Below, in pieces: positions 27,006-39,084 of a stretch of DNA of 64,000 bases. The notes under the pieces are model-generated. The model did not search any database. It was not told the origin of the DNA and was given only the letters and a program-made list of their open reading frames with translations. The translations under genes and the position numbers were made by a program. How positions within the stretch are numbered: position 1 is the stretch's first letter; each line of letters starts with the position of its first letter. Origin of the DNA: Octopus vulgaris (taxonomy: Eukaryota); contig OX597817.1 of assembly GCA_951406725.2 (NCBI GenBank), forward strand, positions 88,102,001 to 88,166,000. The letters are read 5' to 3'.

Positions 27006-29392
27006 TGTATGTTTGTGTGTCTGTGTTTGTCACCCCAACATCGCTTGACAACCGATGCTGGTGTGTTTACGTCCCTGTAACTTAGCGGTTTGGCAAAAGA
27101 GACCAATAGAATAAGTACTAGGCTTACAAAGAATAAGTCCTGGGATCGATTTGCTTGACTAAAAGGCAGTGTTCCAGCATGGCCACAGTCAAATAACTGA
27201 AACAAAAGAGTAAAAGAGCTCATCTAAAGACACAACAATAAATTTATTGGTTTGTAGGTACAACTACTGATATTTATGTTGTCTCTGTTGTTACTTGTGT
27301 GTAGTGATCAGTTGTCATTGAGACCCAGTTGATGCAGTTGTATCTTTCAAGTCCATTTTTGTTAGTCTTTTGTGACAATGCCAAATCAGTATTGAAAAGC
27401 TCATGTTCATGATGTATAACCAGTTTTTCTTTGACTGTTCCCAACAGTAAGTGCTTGCTATCAGGAAGCTATATATCTCACTTATAACACTTTAGTATTC
27501 AAATTAGTCTGTCAAATGCAATGTGTATTTATTCACAATGTTTTGAATTGGTTGTGCGTCATCTCTTAGCTTTGAGATTTTGATGATGTGATTGTTAATA
27601 TTTAGAAGTGATATTGTAGGGTAGGTGTGAGGTACTGGATCTGGCCAGTTTGAATATAAAACAGGTAGAGTATTTTCGCCATATATGGCTTGTTTAAATG
27701 CTAAATTTTTAAATCACCTGTCTTCATTTATTTACTCTAGGTCAGTGCTCCGCAACCTGTATGCCATGGCACACTGGTGTGCCATGAGACTATGCTAGAT
27801 GTGCCACAGTGTAACCTGAATATAAATTTTTTCCATATGCTTTTAGCTGTATTTTTAGTTGAGGTTTGCCACCGAATTTTGCAAAGAATATAAGTGTACT
27901 GCAAATGAAAAATGGTTGTGGAACATTGCTCTAGGTGGCCAAACTAGCATAACCTTCTCTCCCAAGCAACAACCTAACATAAAATGGGATAAATTGGTCT
28001 GCTTTTCCCGACAAGGGAAGTGCAGAGATCAGTCCCTTTTATTTTAGAACTGAATAAATCAGGCAAAACCTGTTACTCACTGACTTGCCTTTTCTGAATT
28101 TTCTAACAGGTGTACAAACAGAAAGTAAAACATTTGATGTATGAACACCAGAACAATATTGCACAGTTAAAAGCTGAGAGTACTGTTTCACTAAAACTGG
28201 CTCAGGAGACCAATTACAGTAATGAACAACAGTTACGTAAGGATAAACGAAATCTTAAGGTAGAACTGAAAGAAATGGAACTCTCCCATGAAGACATGGT
28301 TAAAACTTTGCAGAAGGTAAGCTTACTTTACAATCTTTCATGTGTTTTTAAATTTGGATGTTTCTTTAGATGTGCAGTCATGTATGAAATTCAGTTTTAC
28401 ATTTTTCAATCTGTTTGAATTTTAGTTGTTTATTTTTTTTTCATTTTGATTTAAGTTCAGATTCAATTTTCAGCAGTAAAACTAATTTGAAATCGATTTC
28501 ACTTTTCAATTCTATTCCTCTAATTTTCAAAATGTCTTAAGAAAAGAAAACAAAATTCTCATTTCTGGTGATTTGAAGTATATGAATGAAGTTAATTTGG
28601 AGCAGGAAAAGAAGTTATTTTAATGCTGATAGATGTAAATCATTGGTCAAATGAGATCTATTTTTACCTGTATTTCTAGACAGGATTAGACCTAGAGATG
28701 GTAATTAAAAAAAATATTATTAGATCAATGACTGTTATTGAGGTAATTAAAGGCAGTGAGCTGACAGAATCATTAACATGCTTGGCAGAATGCTTAGAGG
28801 CATTTTGTCCATCTTTATTTTCTGAGTTCAAATTCTGCTGAGGTTGACTTTCAATCTTTCGGGGTTGATGAAATAAGTACCAGCTATGCACTGGGTCGAT
28901 GTTGTTTATGGAAGACTTGCAGTCACCCATGCATATCAGCCTCCCCTCTCCAAGCCCCTGGTGTTATCCAAGGGAATGGCATAGGCACCAGTTTGACACC
29001 AAAGTTTCAGGCTTTGTGCCTATGGTAGAAAAGACTGAGCTTGGTCACTTATGGAAAGGATAAGAGTTTATAATATGTTAAGTTATGTCTGCTCTTCTAA
29101 CAGTAACCTAGTTTTCTGAATAAAAGTAAATGTTAAACTGCATTAATGGACAGATAGAATAAAATGTACCTTTATTTTTACCTCATGGACTTGATCTGCA
29201 ACACAATGAATTCTATGCTTTCCTGAGAAGGTTTACTATGACTGCAGCATGGTTGGAGTTGGCTCCTGTACATGTTGAAATGATTAGCATAATATATGTC
29301 AACGTTTTTTGTCATCATATAAGTACTTCTAATTTGTTTTTTTTAATAATGCTCAGGCATATTTAATGCCTATTTTTCTTTAATAATATTAT

Positions 29393-29447
<55 letters not shown>

Positions 29448-29685
29448 GTGTAGAAAGATTAATCAGATGCAGAAGACAAGTATTCATGACCTTTTTATAG
29501 GGTCCTTGTGATTATCAGAGGAAATGAGAGAAGAAACAAGTCTTGATTATTTTCAAACTAAACTGGACCCAAATCTTTGCAACAAAGTGGACACTGCTAA
29601 AGTATTGTAGGGTGTTGAGCTGGGCATCAGACTAAGTGTTACTAATTTTTAAAGATAATCACAATGATGATGATAATGGTGATGA

Positions 29686-29746
<61 letters not shown>

Positions 29747-32157
29747 AACTGTTATTTGAATAAAAGAAAATTATTTGAAACTGCAAAAAATATTTATAAA
29801 AATATTTCATTCCGATTTTTTTTTTTTTTTTTTTTTCCTATCAGAAAAATAGTGAAGAAATCACAAACTTACAGGCAGAATTTGAGCGACGAGCAAAAGA
29901 AATTGAAAGAAAATATGATAAAAAAATGCAAGCTCTTCGTGATGAATTGGAATTGAAACGCAAAGTTGAGATTCATGAAATTGAAGAACGTAAAAACAGT
30001 CAAATTATTACTCTAATGAAAAACCATGAAAAAGCATTTAGTGACATTAAGAACTACTACAATGATATTACATTAAATAACCTCGCCTTGATTAATACAC
30101 TCAAGGTAACAATCTAATTAATTATTCTGGCCCTAATTAATACTGTCAAAACATCCTGTATAACCCTAATTAATTTTCCTTATCAGTATGGCTGAGTGAG
30201 TAGCGTATTGTATTACTATTAGTTTGTGAGTTGAAATTTTCATCTGGCATTTTATCTGTATCTCTATAATTCTGGATGAGACACTTATTCTAATCTACCT
30301 TATTCTATGTACCTATATCCCTTGTAATTCTGGGTGAGTCACTTATTCCAATGTACCTTATTCTATGTACCTAAATCCCTTGTAATTCTGGGTGAGACAC
30401 TTATTCTAATGCACCTTATTCTATGTACCGATATCCCTTATAATTCTGGGTGAGACACTTACTCTAATGTACCTTATCCTATGTACCTATATCCCTTGTA
30501 ATTCTGGGTGAGACACTTATTCCAATGTACCTTCTCTATGTACCTATATCCCTTGTAATTCTGGGTGAGACACTTACTCTAATGTACCTTATCCTATGTG
30601 CCTATATCCCTTGTAATTCTGGGTGAGACACTTATTCTAATGTACCTTATTCTATGTACCTATATCCCTTTGCACTCAGATTACTCTCACAAATATAGTA
30701 CTTATTTATTCATATTGTTTTGAATTAATCATGTATTATCTTGTTACTTTGAGATTTCAATGATATTATTGTATATTTTTAGTATGACATTCTAAAAATA
30801 GGTTTGAGAGACTAGGTCTGGTTGGTTTCAACATAAAACAAGTCAAATATTTGGGTTGGATATGGCTGGTTTATATATTAAAGTGATATACCTTATTTTT
30901 ATGTACCTCATTCTATATAACTATGTGCATTATTCTTTGTATCTCTACATATCTGTAGTATACATTATTCAATGTATCGCTTTCTATACACTGTTGTTCT
31001 ATTCTATGTACCTCATTCTATATACATTATTCTAATGCACCTCATTCTATATACATTATTCTAACGCACCTCATTCTATATACATTATTCTAATGCACCT
31101 CATTCTATATAACTATATACATTATTCTTTGTACCTCTAAATACCTGTATACATTATTCTATGCACCTCATTCTAGATACTTTATTCTAATGCATCTAAT
31201 TCTATATGCCTATATACCTTATTCTATGTACCTCATTCTATACAGCTATCTATCTTATTCTATGTACCTCAGTACATCTTATCAGAAATAGATAACTGAT
31301 CTGTTATGGTGATTGACTAGGACTTAAGCTGGGAGGAAATTTATCTGTGATATGCTTTATATCATGAAACTAACTCTAAACATTGACTCTCAGAAGCTTT
31401 GAAAAACATTTGTTTTTTATCCTGTCAAAATCTACAAGATTGTTACTTTTCCGCCTTTTTTCCTTAGTTTTTACCATATTTTTATAAAAAAAAACTCACG
31501 AAGTGTTGCATATTGATGCTAAGTAGCTCCAATTAAAGCTGTTCGTATAGACCCTGTAAAGAGAAGAGGTTAAATAAAGGACCAACATTTACTAATTGAA
31601 TAGAAATAAATTCTCTAAGTGTGCCAACAAATTAATGCTATTTATGTTTCAGGAACAAGTAGAAGACATGAAAAAGAAAGAAGAACGCCTTGAAAAGCAG
31701 ATGGCTGATTTAATTGCAGAAAACAAACGGTTAACTGAGCCTTTACAGCGTGCTCGAGAAGAAGTTGAGGAACTGCGGAAAGCTCTTGCTAACTATGAGA
31801 AAGACAAACAATGCCTTAAGGTAACAAATCTTATTTTTCATTCTTAAAATAAAAAGGTAATCACAAGGTTATAGTATTTGTAATGCATGGTATGTAACAG
31901 TAGTAGTGTTACACTATTTAAGTTACAAATTTCAACTATATTGCAGATATTGTATTCTATCATTAAGCAAAGCACCTTATCTTATCTCCTGTAGTATACT
32001 TAAAATGTCGGTCCTAGTATTGTATCTTTTTCTGAGAACTTGTTATTAAGAAAGGATTCTCATAATAAGAAGTAAGTGTTTTGCCTAATCAAGCAAGTAT
32101 CTAAATTTACAAACAAATATATTTACAATATATGCATACACACACACATCCACACAG

Positions 32158-32207
<50 letters not shown>

Positions 32208-35200
32208 TATCATCATACTTTAACATCCATTTTTCATGCTGACATGGGTTGGATGATTTGACCAGAGCTGGCAAGCTGCAAAGCTATACAAGGTTCCAGT
32301 TCAATTTGGCTTGGCTTCTACAGCTGGATGCCTTTCCTAATGACAACCACTTTACAGTGTGTGCTGGGTGCTTTTAATGTGGTACCGGCAGGAGTGCAAT
32401 TACATAGCGTTGGCCTGAGTGCTTTTTGTATGGCACCAGCATAGGACTCTTGCAGGCCAATCCTCATCCCTAAGGGGAGTGACCTTAACATTTCCACTGT
32501 GGAGGATGGGTCTTCTTTAATACAGCAAGGTGCCAGGTATGTAACTATTGTATTGTTACACTATTTAAGTTACAGATTTCAACTATATCACAGATATTGT
32601 TTCTATCATTGAGCAAGGCACCTTATCTTGTACACTTAAAATCTAGGTCCTAGCACTGTTTCTTTACTGAGAACTTTCTATTAAGAAAGGTTTCTCATAA
32701 TAAGAAATGACTGTGTTGTCTAATCAAGCAAGTGTCTAAATTTACAAGCAGACATGTTTATAATGTGTACATACACACACACATACACACAGATTCTCCA
32801 TCTCATCATCATTATCATCATCCTTTAACATCTGTTTTCCATGCTGGCATGGATTGAATAGTTTGACCAGAGCTGGCAAGCTGTGAAGCTACACCAGCTT
32901 CCAGTCTGATTTGGTTTGGTTTCTATAGCTGGATGCCCTCCCTAATGCCAATCACTTTACAGTGTGTGTTGGGTGCTTTTAATGTGGTACTGGCAGGAGT
33001 GCGATTATGTGGCACCAGCATGAGTGCTTTTTGCATGGCATCAGTATAGGAGTCTTGCAGGCCAATCCTCTTCCCCAAGGGGAGTGGCTTTAACACTTCC
33101 GCTGTGGAGGATGGATCTTTTTGAGTACAGCAAGGCACCAGGTGTCTTGGTCCTTTGTCATTTCTGTATTAGTACACACAGATGTGTATACTAATATACA
33201 CATTCATATAGGAATGTAGGCACAGAATAACATGCATATACTAATATATTGTTGCCTTTTCCTTTCTTTCAGATGACCAAAGCTAGATTAAAAATGACTT
33301 TGGAAGAATTAAAAGGATTACAGTGGGAACATGAGGTCCTTGAGCAGCGATTTGAAAAAGTTAGAGCTTTATGTCCATTCTTTTGCATTTATTCTTACTT
33401 GCTTACTTTCATAACATGAATATACAAATCATTGACCCTTTTGATATGAACCTGTCCCCCAGACTACCTCTGCTTCTATGACACAAACTTTGTTTTAAAG
33501 TTATCTCAATTAAAACCTTCCATAAAAAATTCAAGTTAATTTAGATTTTACTCATCAGCTTAACAGTGAAAAAGTTACTTCACTAAGTTACTCTCTTTTA
33601 CTTGTTTCAGTCATTTGACTGGCCATGCTGGAGCACCGCCTTTAGTCGAGCAAATCGACCCCATGACTTATTCTTTGTAAGCCTAGTACTTATTCTATCA
33701 GTCTTTTTTGATGAACTGCTAAGTTATGGGGATGTAAACACACCAGCATCCGTTGTCAAGCAATGTTGGGGGACAAACACAGACACACAAACATATACAC
33801 ACATATACATATATATATATATATATATACATATATACGACAGGCTTCTTTCAGTTTCTGTCTACCAAATTCACTCACAAGGCTTTGGTCGGCCCAAGGC
33901 TATAGTAGAAGATACTTGCCGAAGGTGCCATGCAGTGGGGGGACTGAACCCGGAACCATGTGGTTGGTAAGCAAGCTACTTACCACACAGCCACTCCTAT
34001 GCCTATAATTTTCAAAATCATTTTAAACAAATGCAGTGTATTTCAACAAAAATTTGGTAAAGAAAGGGCTAAGATGAAAACATTAATGGAGCAAAAGATA
34101 TTTGATTTGAATAACTTGAAATTTTTATACTTGTATGCACTTTCTTGGTTTCAGTTTTGTTTAGATATAATTTTCTGCTAAGGATTACAATTGCTATTGA
34201 TTTATAGACCCTTATTCTCTAATATTGATATCTGAGATGCTTTTTATCAGTTTTTAAATAGTGTGTGTGTGTATGTTTTATTAGTAATATTGTATTTTCC
34301 AGTGTGGTAAGAAGCTTGCTTCCCAACCACATGTTTACAGGTTCAGTCCCATTGCAGGGCACCTTAGGGAAGCGAATTCTACTATAGCCTTGGTCCAACC
34401 AAAGCTTTGTGAGTAAATTTAGTAGACGGAAACTGAAAGAAGCTTGTTGTATATATGTATGTGCATATGTGTGTGTGTATGTGTGCATGTGTGTGTGTGC
34501 ATGTGTGTGTGTGTCTTTGTGTCAATGTTTGTCCCCTAATACTACTTGACAACTGGTGTTGGTGGGTTTATGTCTCCATAACTTAGTGGTTTGGCAAAGG
34601 AGACTGATAGAATAAGTACCAGGCTTAACAAACAAAAAAAAAAAAAATAATAAAAGAAGTACTGGGGTTGACTCATTCAACTAAAAATTCTTCAAGGCAG
34701 TACCCCAGCACGGCTGCCGTCTGATGAGTGAAACAAGTAAAAGATAAAAGATGTAGGGTAAACATTCAAACATCATTACTATTCATCCAAATTCTGCTGC
34801 AGTTCACATGGAATTTTTGGTCCTTCAAAGTTGTAATGTTGAACTTATAATAATAATAATAATAATAATAATGAAATTATTGTATACAGTGCTCAGGTGC
34901 ACCACTTGTCAAAAGTGCATATAAAGCATATGCAGTAATGTACAAATGTCTGGGAAGTGAACAGTGTATGAGTCAGATACATGCTTGCGTGTGTATGGAG
35001 GGGAGAAAATCAGGTGTAGTGTTGGCAAATCTCAGGAAGCATGGAAGTTTTGAAGGATGCAGTGCTCTGACAACTAACAACTGATGCCGGCAGTTTGTTC
35101 CATACTTCAGCAACTCTTAGCGTGAAAAAATGTTTCCGAAAGTCATGGGAGTTATGCTGTTTTCTGACTTTGTAAACATGTCCACGGGTGTTAGACAGGT

Positions 35201-38200
35201 GGAGTTTGAAAAGGTGCTGAGTTATTGTTAGTAAGATGGTTAATAATTTTATGGGTGTCTGCCAAGTCAGCTGCCAGACGTCAGAGTTTCAATGTATTCA
35301 TGCCCAGTGAAGTAAGGCGTTCAGAATATGGCAAATGCCTGATGGAGGGTATTCTCTTGGTTGCACGTCGCTGAGGGACAAGAACAAGTGTCTTGCTGAA
35401 GAGGTGAGTACATGATGGCTTCTTCATCTAAAGGGAGAGGGAGCGAGAGAGAGGGATGAATTAATTATAAAGTAAAAACTGATAGTTTCAGATGTCTTTA
35501 ATATTGCTTTATTCTATTCTTTGTTCTGTAGATCCAGGAGGAGAGAGACGAATTATACAACCAGTTTGTTAAATCGATTCATGAGGTGCAACAGAAGAGT
35601 AGCTTTAAGAATCTTCTCTTGGAGAAAAAGATGGCTACTCTTGGGGAATTGCTTGAACAAAAAGAAGGCCAACTCAATGAAGTTCTATCTTGTTCTAACC
35701 TTGATCCCTCAGCCCTCAACATGATCACACATAAACTTGAGGTAAGTATGACATTTCTGCCAAGCAGTAATATTCCAGTGATTCTTCACTGGCTGTAAAC
35801 TTCCCAAGAGTAAATGTTTGCAACTGTTTTTGTCACTGTGAGTTAATAGTATTTGATGCTATTTACTGAAATTGTTTTCATGTCTCGTTTGCAAGATTCT
35901 TTATGTGAATTCGTGTGTTGAAACAAATATTGGCATAATGACTCTTGCTAGACACAACAAAACTACTGAAATTGGTTCTTACTGTTAATAGTTTGGAGTG
36001 TTATACAAGTGTGTGAAGGTGCATGGATCAGTAGTTAGAGTGTTAGGCTCACAATCATGAGGTAGTGAGTTTGATTCCCAGGCTGGGCTATGTATTGTGT
36101 TCTTGAGCAAGACACTTTATTTCATGTTGCCCCAGTCCACTCAGCTGTAGAAATGAGTTGTGACATCACTGGTGTCAAGCTGGTGCCTATACCATTCCAT
36201 TGGATAACATCATGGGCTTGGAGAGGGGAAGCTGGTATGCATGAGTGACTCTAGTCTTCCGTAAACAAACTTGCCCAGACTTGTGCCTTGGAGGGTAACT
36301 TTCTAGGTGCAATTCCATGGTCATTTATGACCAAAAGGGGATTTTACCCTTTTATATAGGTTCAGGCATGGTTTGCGTTATATCATTCTGAAACCATGCT
36401 AAAGCAGACACTGGAACACTATGCAGTCCTTGGACCCATCAAATCCAGCCAAGCTGTCCAACCTATACCAGCATGAAGCACGAACATGATGATCTTCTGC
36501 TGTTATGAACAAACAAGAAATTCCACCTAACCTTCTGTTTGCTTGTTAAAAAGAAACCCTGAAAAATAAGAAACTGTTTGTAAAAGTTGCTACACTTATT
36601 ACACAGTGTAACAAAATTTTTTAATTTTATTTTTATTTTAGTAAGAGTTATTTCCTATTTGCTCCTATCTAGAAATCAAAGGAAATGACTATTATTCCCT
36701 TCAAGCTTTGCTTTTATGACCTGAAGACCCATGTTTTGAAACTGACCTATTTTCCATTACATTTCAGACAGATTGAGCACTGACTTGTTGAAGCAGAAAT
36801 TTCATTATAGCAAACGTTTTGCTCAACATCACAGATTTGCTCGTCAATTGCTTGACCTTAACCACTTCAGCATGTCCCTTAGTGGCTGACTAAATGTGCA
36901 TCTCTGATCATGTGTAGGAGTAATGTGGGAGCATCATAGCTATGTGTTGAGAGGGATTCTTTGGGGTTTGAATAAATGTAGCAAAAACAAAGTTTGAAGG
37001 AAATAGCTATTTTTCATACTTTCTAGGGGTAAGCAAATAGGAAATAACAGTGGCTTCCCAAGGACAATAGTCATGTTACACAGTGTTATGAAATAAAGTC
37101 AAGAATTGTTACAGATTTTGTATTTTTCTTTGCAGGAAGTTTTGGTGTCCAAAAATACTGCAATTAAAGATCTTCAGTTTGAATTGGCACGAGTTTGTAA
37201 GGTAAGGTTTAACCATCTCTTACTTTATTGTTACATTAGCATTGTTGTTGTTGTACAGCCCTCTGGATCCAGTAGGTCTAGGACCAAATGATTAGGTGTT
37301 AGGCACTGATCTATTCTTGCAAATTATTCACTTATCTGAGAGACATATCACATACTTCAATGGTTAATTGCGCAATGTGACATTCTTTCCATCATAAAAT
37401 CTATTTCTGTCCTCTGTAATTTCTACCACAGCAAAAGTGGGTGAGGTGAACTCATCAGAGCACAGCCGTTTCTGTTCCTCTGCAACTACCAGTGGTGGAT
37501 GGTGGTAGTGGTTGTGACAGTGATGGTGGGGATGTAATGTGCCTGTACATTTCTTATGTTTGGCTGGGCTGGTAAGAGACTTAGTGAGTTTAGGGTAGTT
37601 TCATAGTAATGTTATTGTATTCATCAATAATAATGGTGGTGGTGGTGCTCTTCTCCCTCCCTCTCATATTTATGCTTATATATACTTTGTCCTTCCCGTC
37701 CCTATCTCACCTTAATGTACCACTCCGTCTTTTCAAGCCAAATCAAGGGACATAACTCTGGAAGCTTTCATCCGAACGTTTTTGATATAGTTTCGTTCTA
37801 ACTTTCTTGAAGTCAAGTGATTTGATTTTACTATTGCATCTCTGCTTGATTGGATGTGAAATTTTACATCTTCAGTGCAAAAGTGCTCTGGTCATTCTGT
37901 TCTAGTCAGCCATGTTTGATTATTGTTTGGCTCCCTTTTTTTCTTAGAAAGTCTGATTACATGAAACATTGCTTGACTAAAACATTTAATTTATAATTTT
38001 GTATTCAGCTTATATGTACTCAGTGCCAATATGGATCACAGGCTCGGGAATGTGAGAGTGTCATGTTCTTAAGTGCAAGAAAAAGATCCCAAAAATGTTC
38101 AATGCCTTTCCCTACATTTGGTTTTATATTAGCTTTAACAAAAGCTGAGGGGTGCCTCACTCCCAATGGTCTTCAAACACATCGGACACCAATCCAGAAT

Positions 38201-38475
38201 TTACATATGTGTGTATATCTATCTGATTGTTTGTTTGCATGCATACATGTGTGTGTGTGTGTGTGTGAAAGCAATCCTTATCATCAATATTAATTTTAAT
38301 AAAATTCTTGATACTGTCTTTCCAGGCACACAATGATCTTCTGCATACATATGAAGCTAAACTTCAAACTTTTGGAATCCCTAAAGAAGAACTTGGTTTT
38401 AAACCACTCGAATCGTCAGTGCCAGAGCAAGTCCTTGGTAATGGACCAGCTGGTCTGGTCTCAGCAAAAGTATAA
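12539..38475 (+). CDS. GAS8: Dynein regulatory complex subunit 4 / growth arrest-specific 8, spliced CDS join(12539-12541,22895-22999,24872-25069,28110-28316,29845-30105,31653-31820,33273-33359,35532-35741,37136-37201,38326-38475), 484 aa
   Basis: All exons have GT-AG boundaries and join in frame. The product ([13 protein letters not shown]...[16 protein letters not shown]...[20 protein letters not shown]...[12 protein letters not shown]...[10 protein letters not shown]) closely resembles vertebrate GAS8 as I recall it. Confidence 0.96.
13375..13590. mobile_element. Mariner-derived non-autonomous element
   Basis: tacgaggtagtgttgaaaatttcc...ggaactcttcagcacccccttgt imperfect TIRs; transposase C-terminus-like interior. 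Confidence 0.55.
13642..15499 (-). mobile_element. Non-autonomous Helitron with internal ~250-bp repeats
   Basis: Minus strand A|TCTATTGTATAAAA...CAACGCCGGGTATCTCTGCTAG|T; 3' end nearly identical to 55820-55841. Confidence 0.75.
19340..20060 (+). mobile_element. Decayed RTE-clade LINE (RT and 3' end)
   Basis: [15 protein letters not shown]; [21 protein letters not shown]; GAT-rich tail. Confidence 0.8.
20131..20361 (+). mobile_element. Young tRNA-derived SINE (family A) with 16-bp TSD
   Basis: aggtatattaacgtat at 20115-20130 and 20362-20377; B box gagttcaaattc. Confidence 0.92.
22895..22999 (+). CDS. GAS8: GAS8 exon 2 (PPKKKGGKK...DEMTKEQ)
   Basis: tttag|CCA...CAG|gtaag; 105 nt. Confidence 0.93.
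24872..25069 (+). CDS. GAS8: GAS8 exon 3 (LEEHVVRM...HQIEIK)
   Basis: ttgcag|CTT...AAG|gtgaag; 198 nt. Confidence 0.96.
26780..27220 (+). mobile_element. Full-length tRNA-derived SINE family B with central (TA)n(TG)n
   Basis: A/B-box-like head (tggctgtgtggtaag; gattcagtccc), microsatellite spacer, shared tail; many other copies in the window. Confidence 0.85.
27743..27928. mobile_element. hAT (Charlie-like) MITE
   Basis: TIR CAGTGCTCCGCAACC...GGTTGTGGAACATTG with a perfect 8-bp TSD CTCTAGGT. Confidence 0.85.
28110..28316 (+). CDS. GAS8: GAS8 exon 4 (VYKQKVKHL...KTLQK)
   Basis: aacag|GTG...AAG|gtaagc; 207 nt. Confidence 0.96.
29845..30105 (+). CDS. GAS8: GAS8 exon 5 (KNSEEIT...LINTLK)
   Basis: Long T tract, then tcag|AAA...AAG|gtaac; 261 nt. 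Confidence 0.96.
30250..30670. repeat. 58-bp minisatellite, ~7 copies, in GAS8 intron 5
   Basis: Unit anchors at 30271, 30329, 30387, 30445, 30503, 30560, 30618. Confidence 0.95.
30888..31282. repeat. Degenerate ~29-bp tandem repeat related to the 58-bp unit
   Basis: cacctcattctatatacattattctaatg repeated. Confidence 0.85.
31653..31820 (+). CDS. GAS8: GAS8 exon 6 (EQVEDMKK...DKQCLK)
   Basis: tttcag|GAA...AAG|gtaac; 168 nt. Confidence 0.96.
31906..33150. repeat. Tandem duplication (~645-bp period) filling most of GAS8 intron 6
   Basis: gttacactatttaagttaca...acagcaagg collinear at ~31906-32545 and ~32553-33150. Confidence 0.92.
33273..33359 (+). CDS. GAS8: GAS8 exon 7 (MTKARLK...[12 protein letters not shown])
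   Basis: tttcag|ATG...AAA|gttaga; 87 nt. Confidence 0.94.
34848..35373 (-). mobile_element. CR1-like LINE 3' end (related piece at ~25415-25770)
   Basis: Minus [24 protein letters not shown]; (TTA)n tail. Confidence 0.8.
35532..35741 (+). CDS. GAS8: GAS8 exon 8 (IQEERDELY...THKLE)
   Basis: tgtag|ATC...GAG|gtaagt; 210 nt. Confidence 0.96.
37136..37201 (+). CDS. GAS8: GAS8 exon 9 (EVLVSKN...ARVCK)
   Basis: ttgcag|GAA...AAG|gtaagg; 66 nt. Confidence 0.95.
38326..38475 (+). CDS. GAS8: GAS8 exon 10 ([13 protein letters not shown]...SAKV*)
   Basis: tccag|GCA...TAA; 150 nt. Confidence 0.95.
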   Translation, partial: AHNDLLHTYEAKLQTFGIPKEELGFKPLESSVPEQVLGNGPAGLVSAKV

Positions 38476-38552
38476 CATCTTTTACAACTTCCCTTCATTG
38501 CTTTAAAACGGAATAACATCTGAAATTTTGAAAACAGGAATGAAATGTATAA

Positions 38553-38558
38553 AATAAA
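38553..38558 (+). terminator. Candidate GAS8 polyadenylation signal
   Basis: AATAAA ~78 nt after the stop codon. Confidence 0.55.
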
Positions 38559-39084
38559 ATATTAATTTTTATTGTATGAAATACTGGAAATTATTTATAT
38601 ATAATATATTTGTAATATATTAAAGTGGTGAGCTGGCAGAATCATTAGCACACCGGGAAAAATGCTTAGTGGTGTTTTGTTCATCCTTATGTTGTGAGTT
38701 CAAATTCTGATGAGGTCAACTTATTCTTTTGGGGTTGATAAAATGTACCAGTTGCGCACTGGGGTCGGTGTAATCAACTTATGTCCAGAATTACTGGCCT
38801 TATGCCAAAATTTGATATCAATATATTGATCAAACTTTAATATAAACAGCAATATATGAAATGTTTTACTCTAAGAACTCTTTAAAAACTAATCATGACA
38901 AAAGCAGTGTAGAAGAGACATCTCAGTTTTGATGTTCAACCTCTGTGGCGCTGGTTTCACAATATAATACATCCAGTTCAAACTGTAAAGTGATTAGTGA
39001 TAAGGAGACATCTAGTCAATAAAATCATCACAAAATCATGTCAGTTACAAATACAATGAAACACTTTAATTGTGCATATAGGAG

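Noticed and set aside
29636-29956. ORF with poly-Ala/poly-Val
   Set aside because: It arises from a (GCA)n(GTA)n microsatellite and overlaps GAS8 exon 5 out of frame
30250-30670. Regularly spaced repeats resembling a CRISPR array
   Set aside because: The whole unit repeats with no unique spacers; eukaryotic intron with no cas genes
34721-34734. CTGATGAGTGAAAC, a canonical-looking hammerhead core
   Set aside because: No stem II; it is a chance variant of the SINE tail (..aatgactgaaac)
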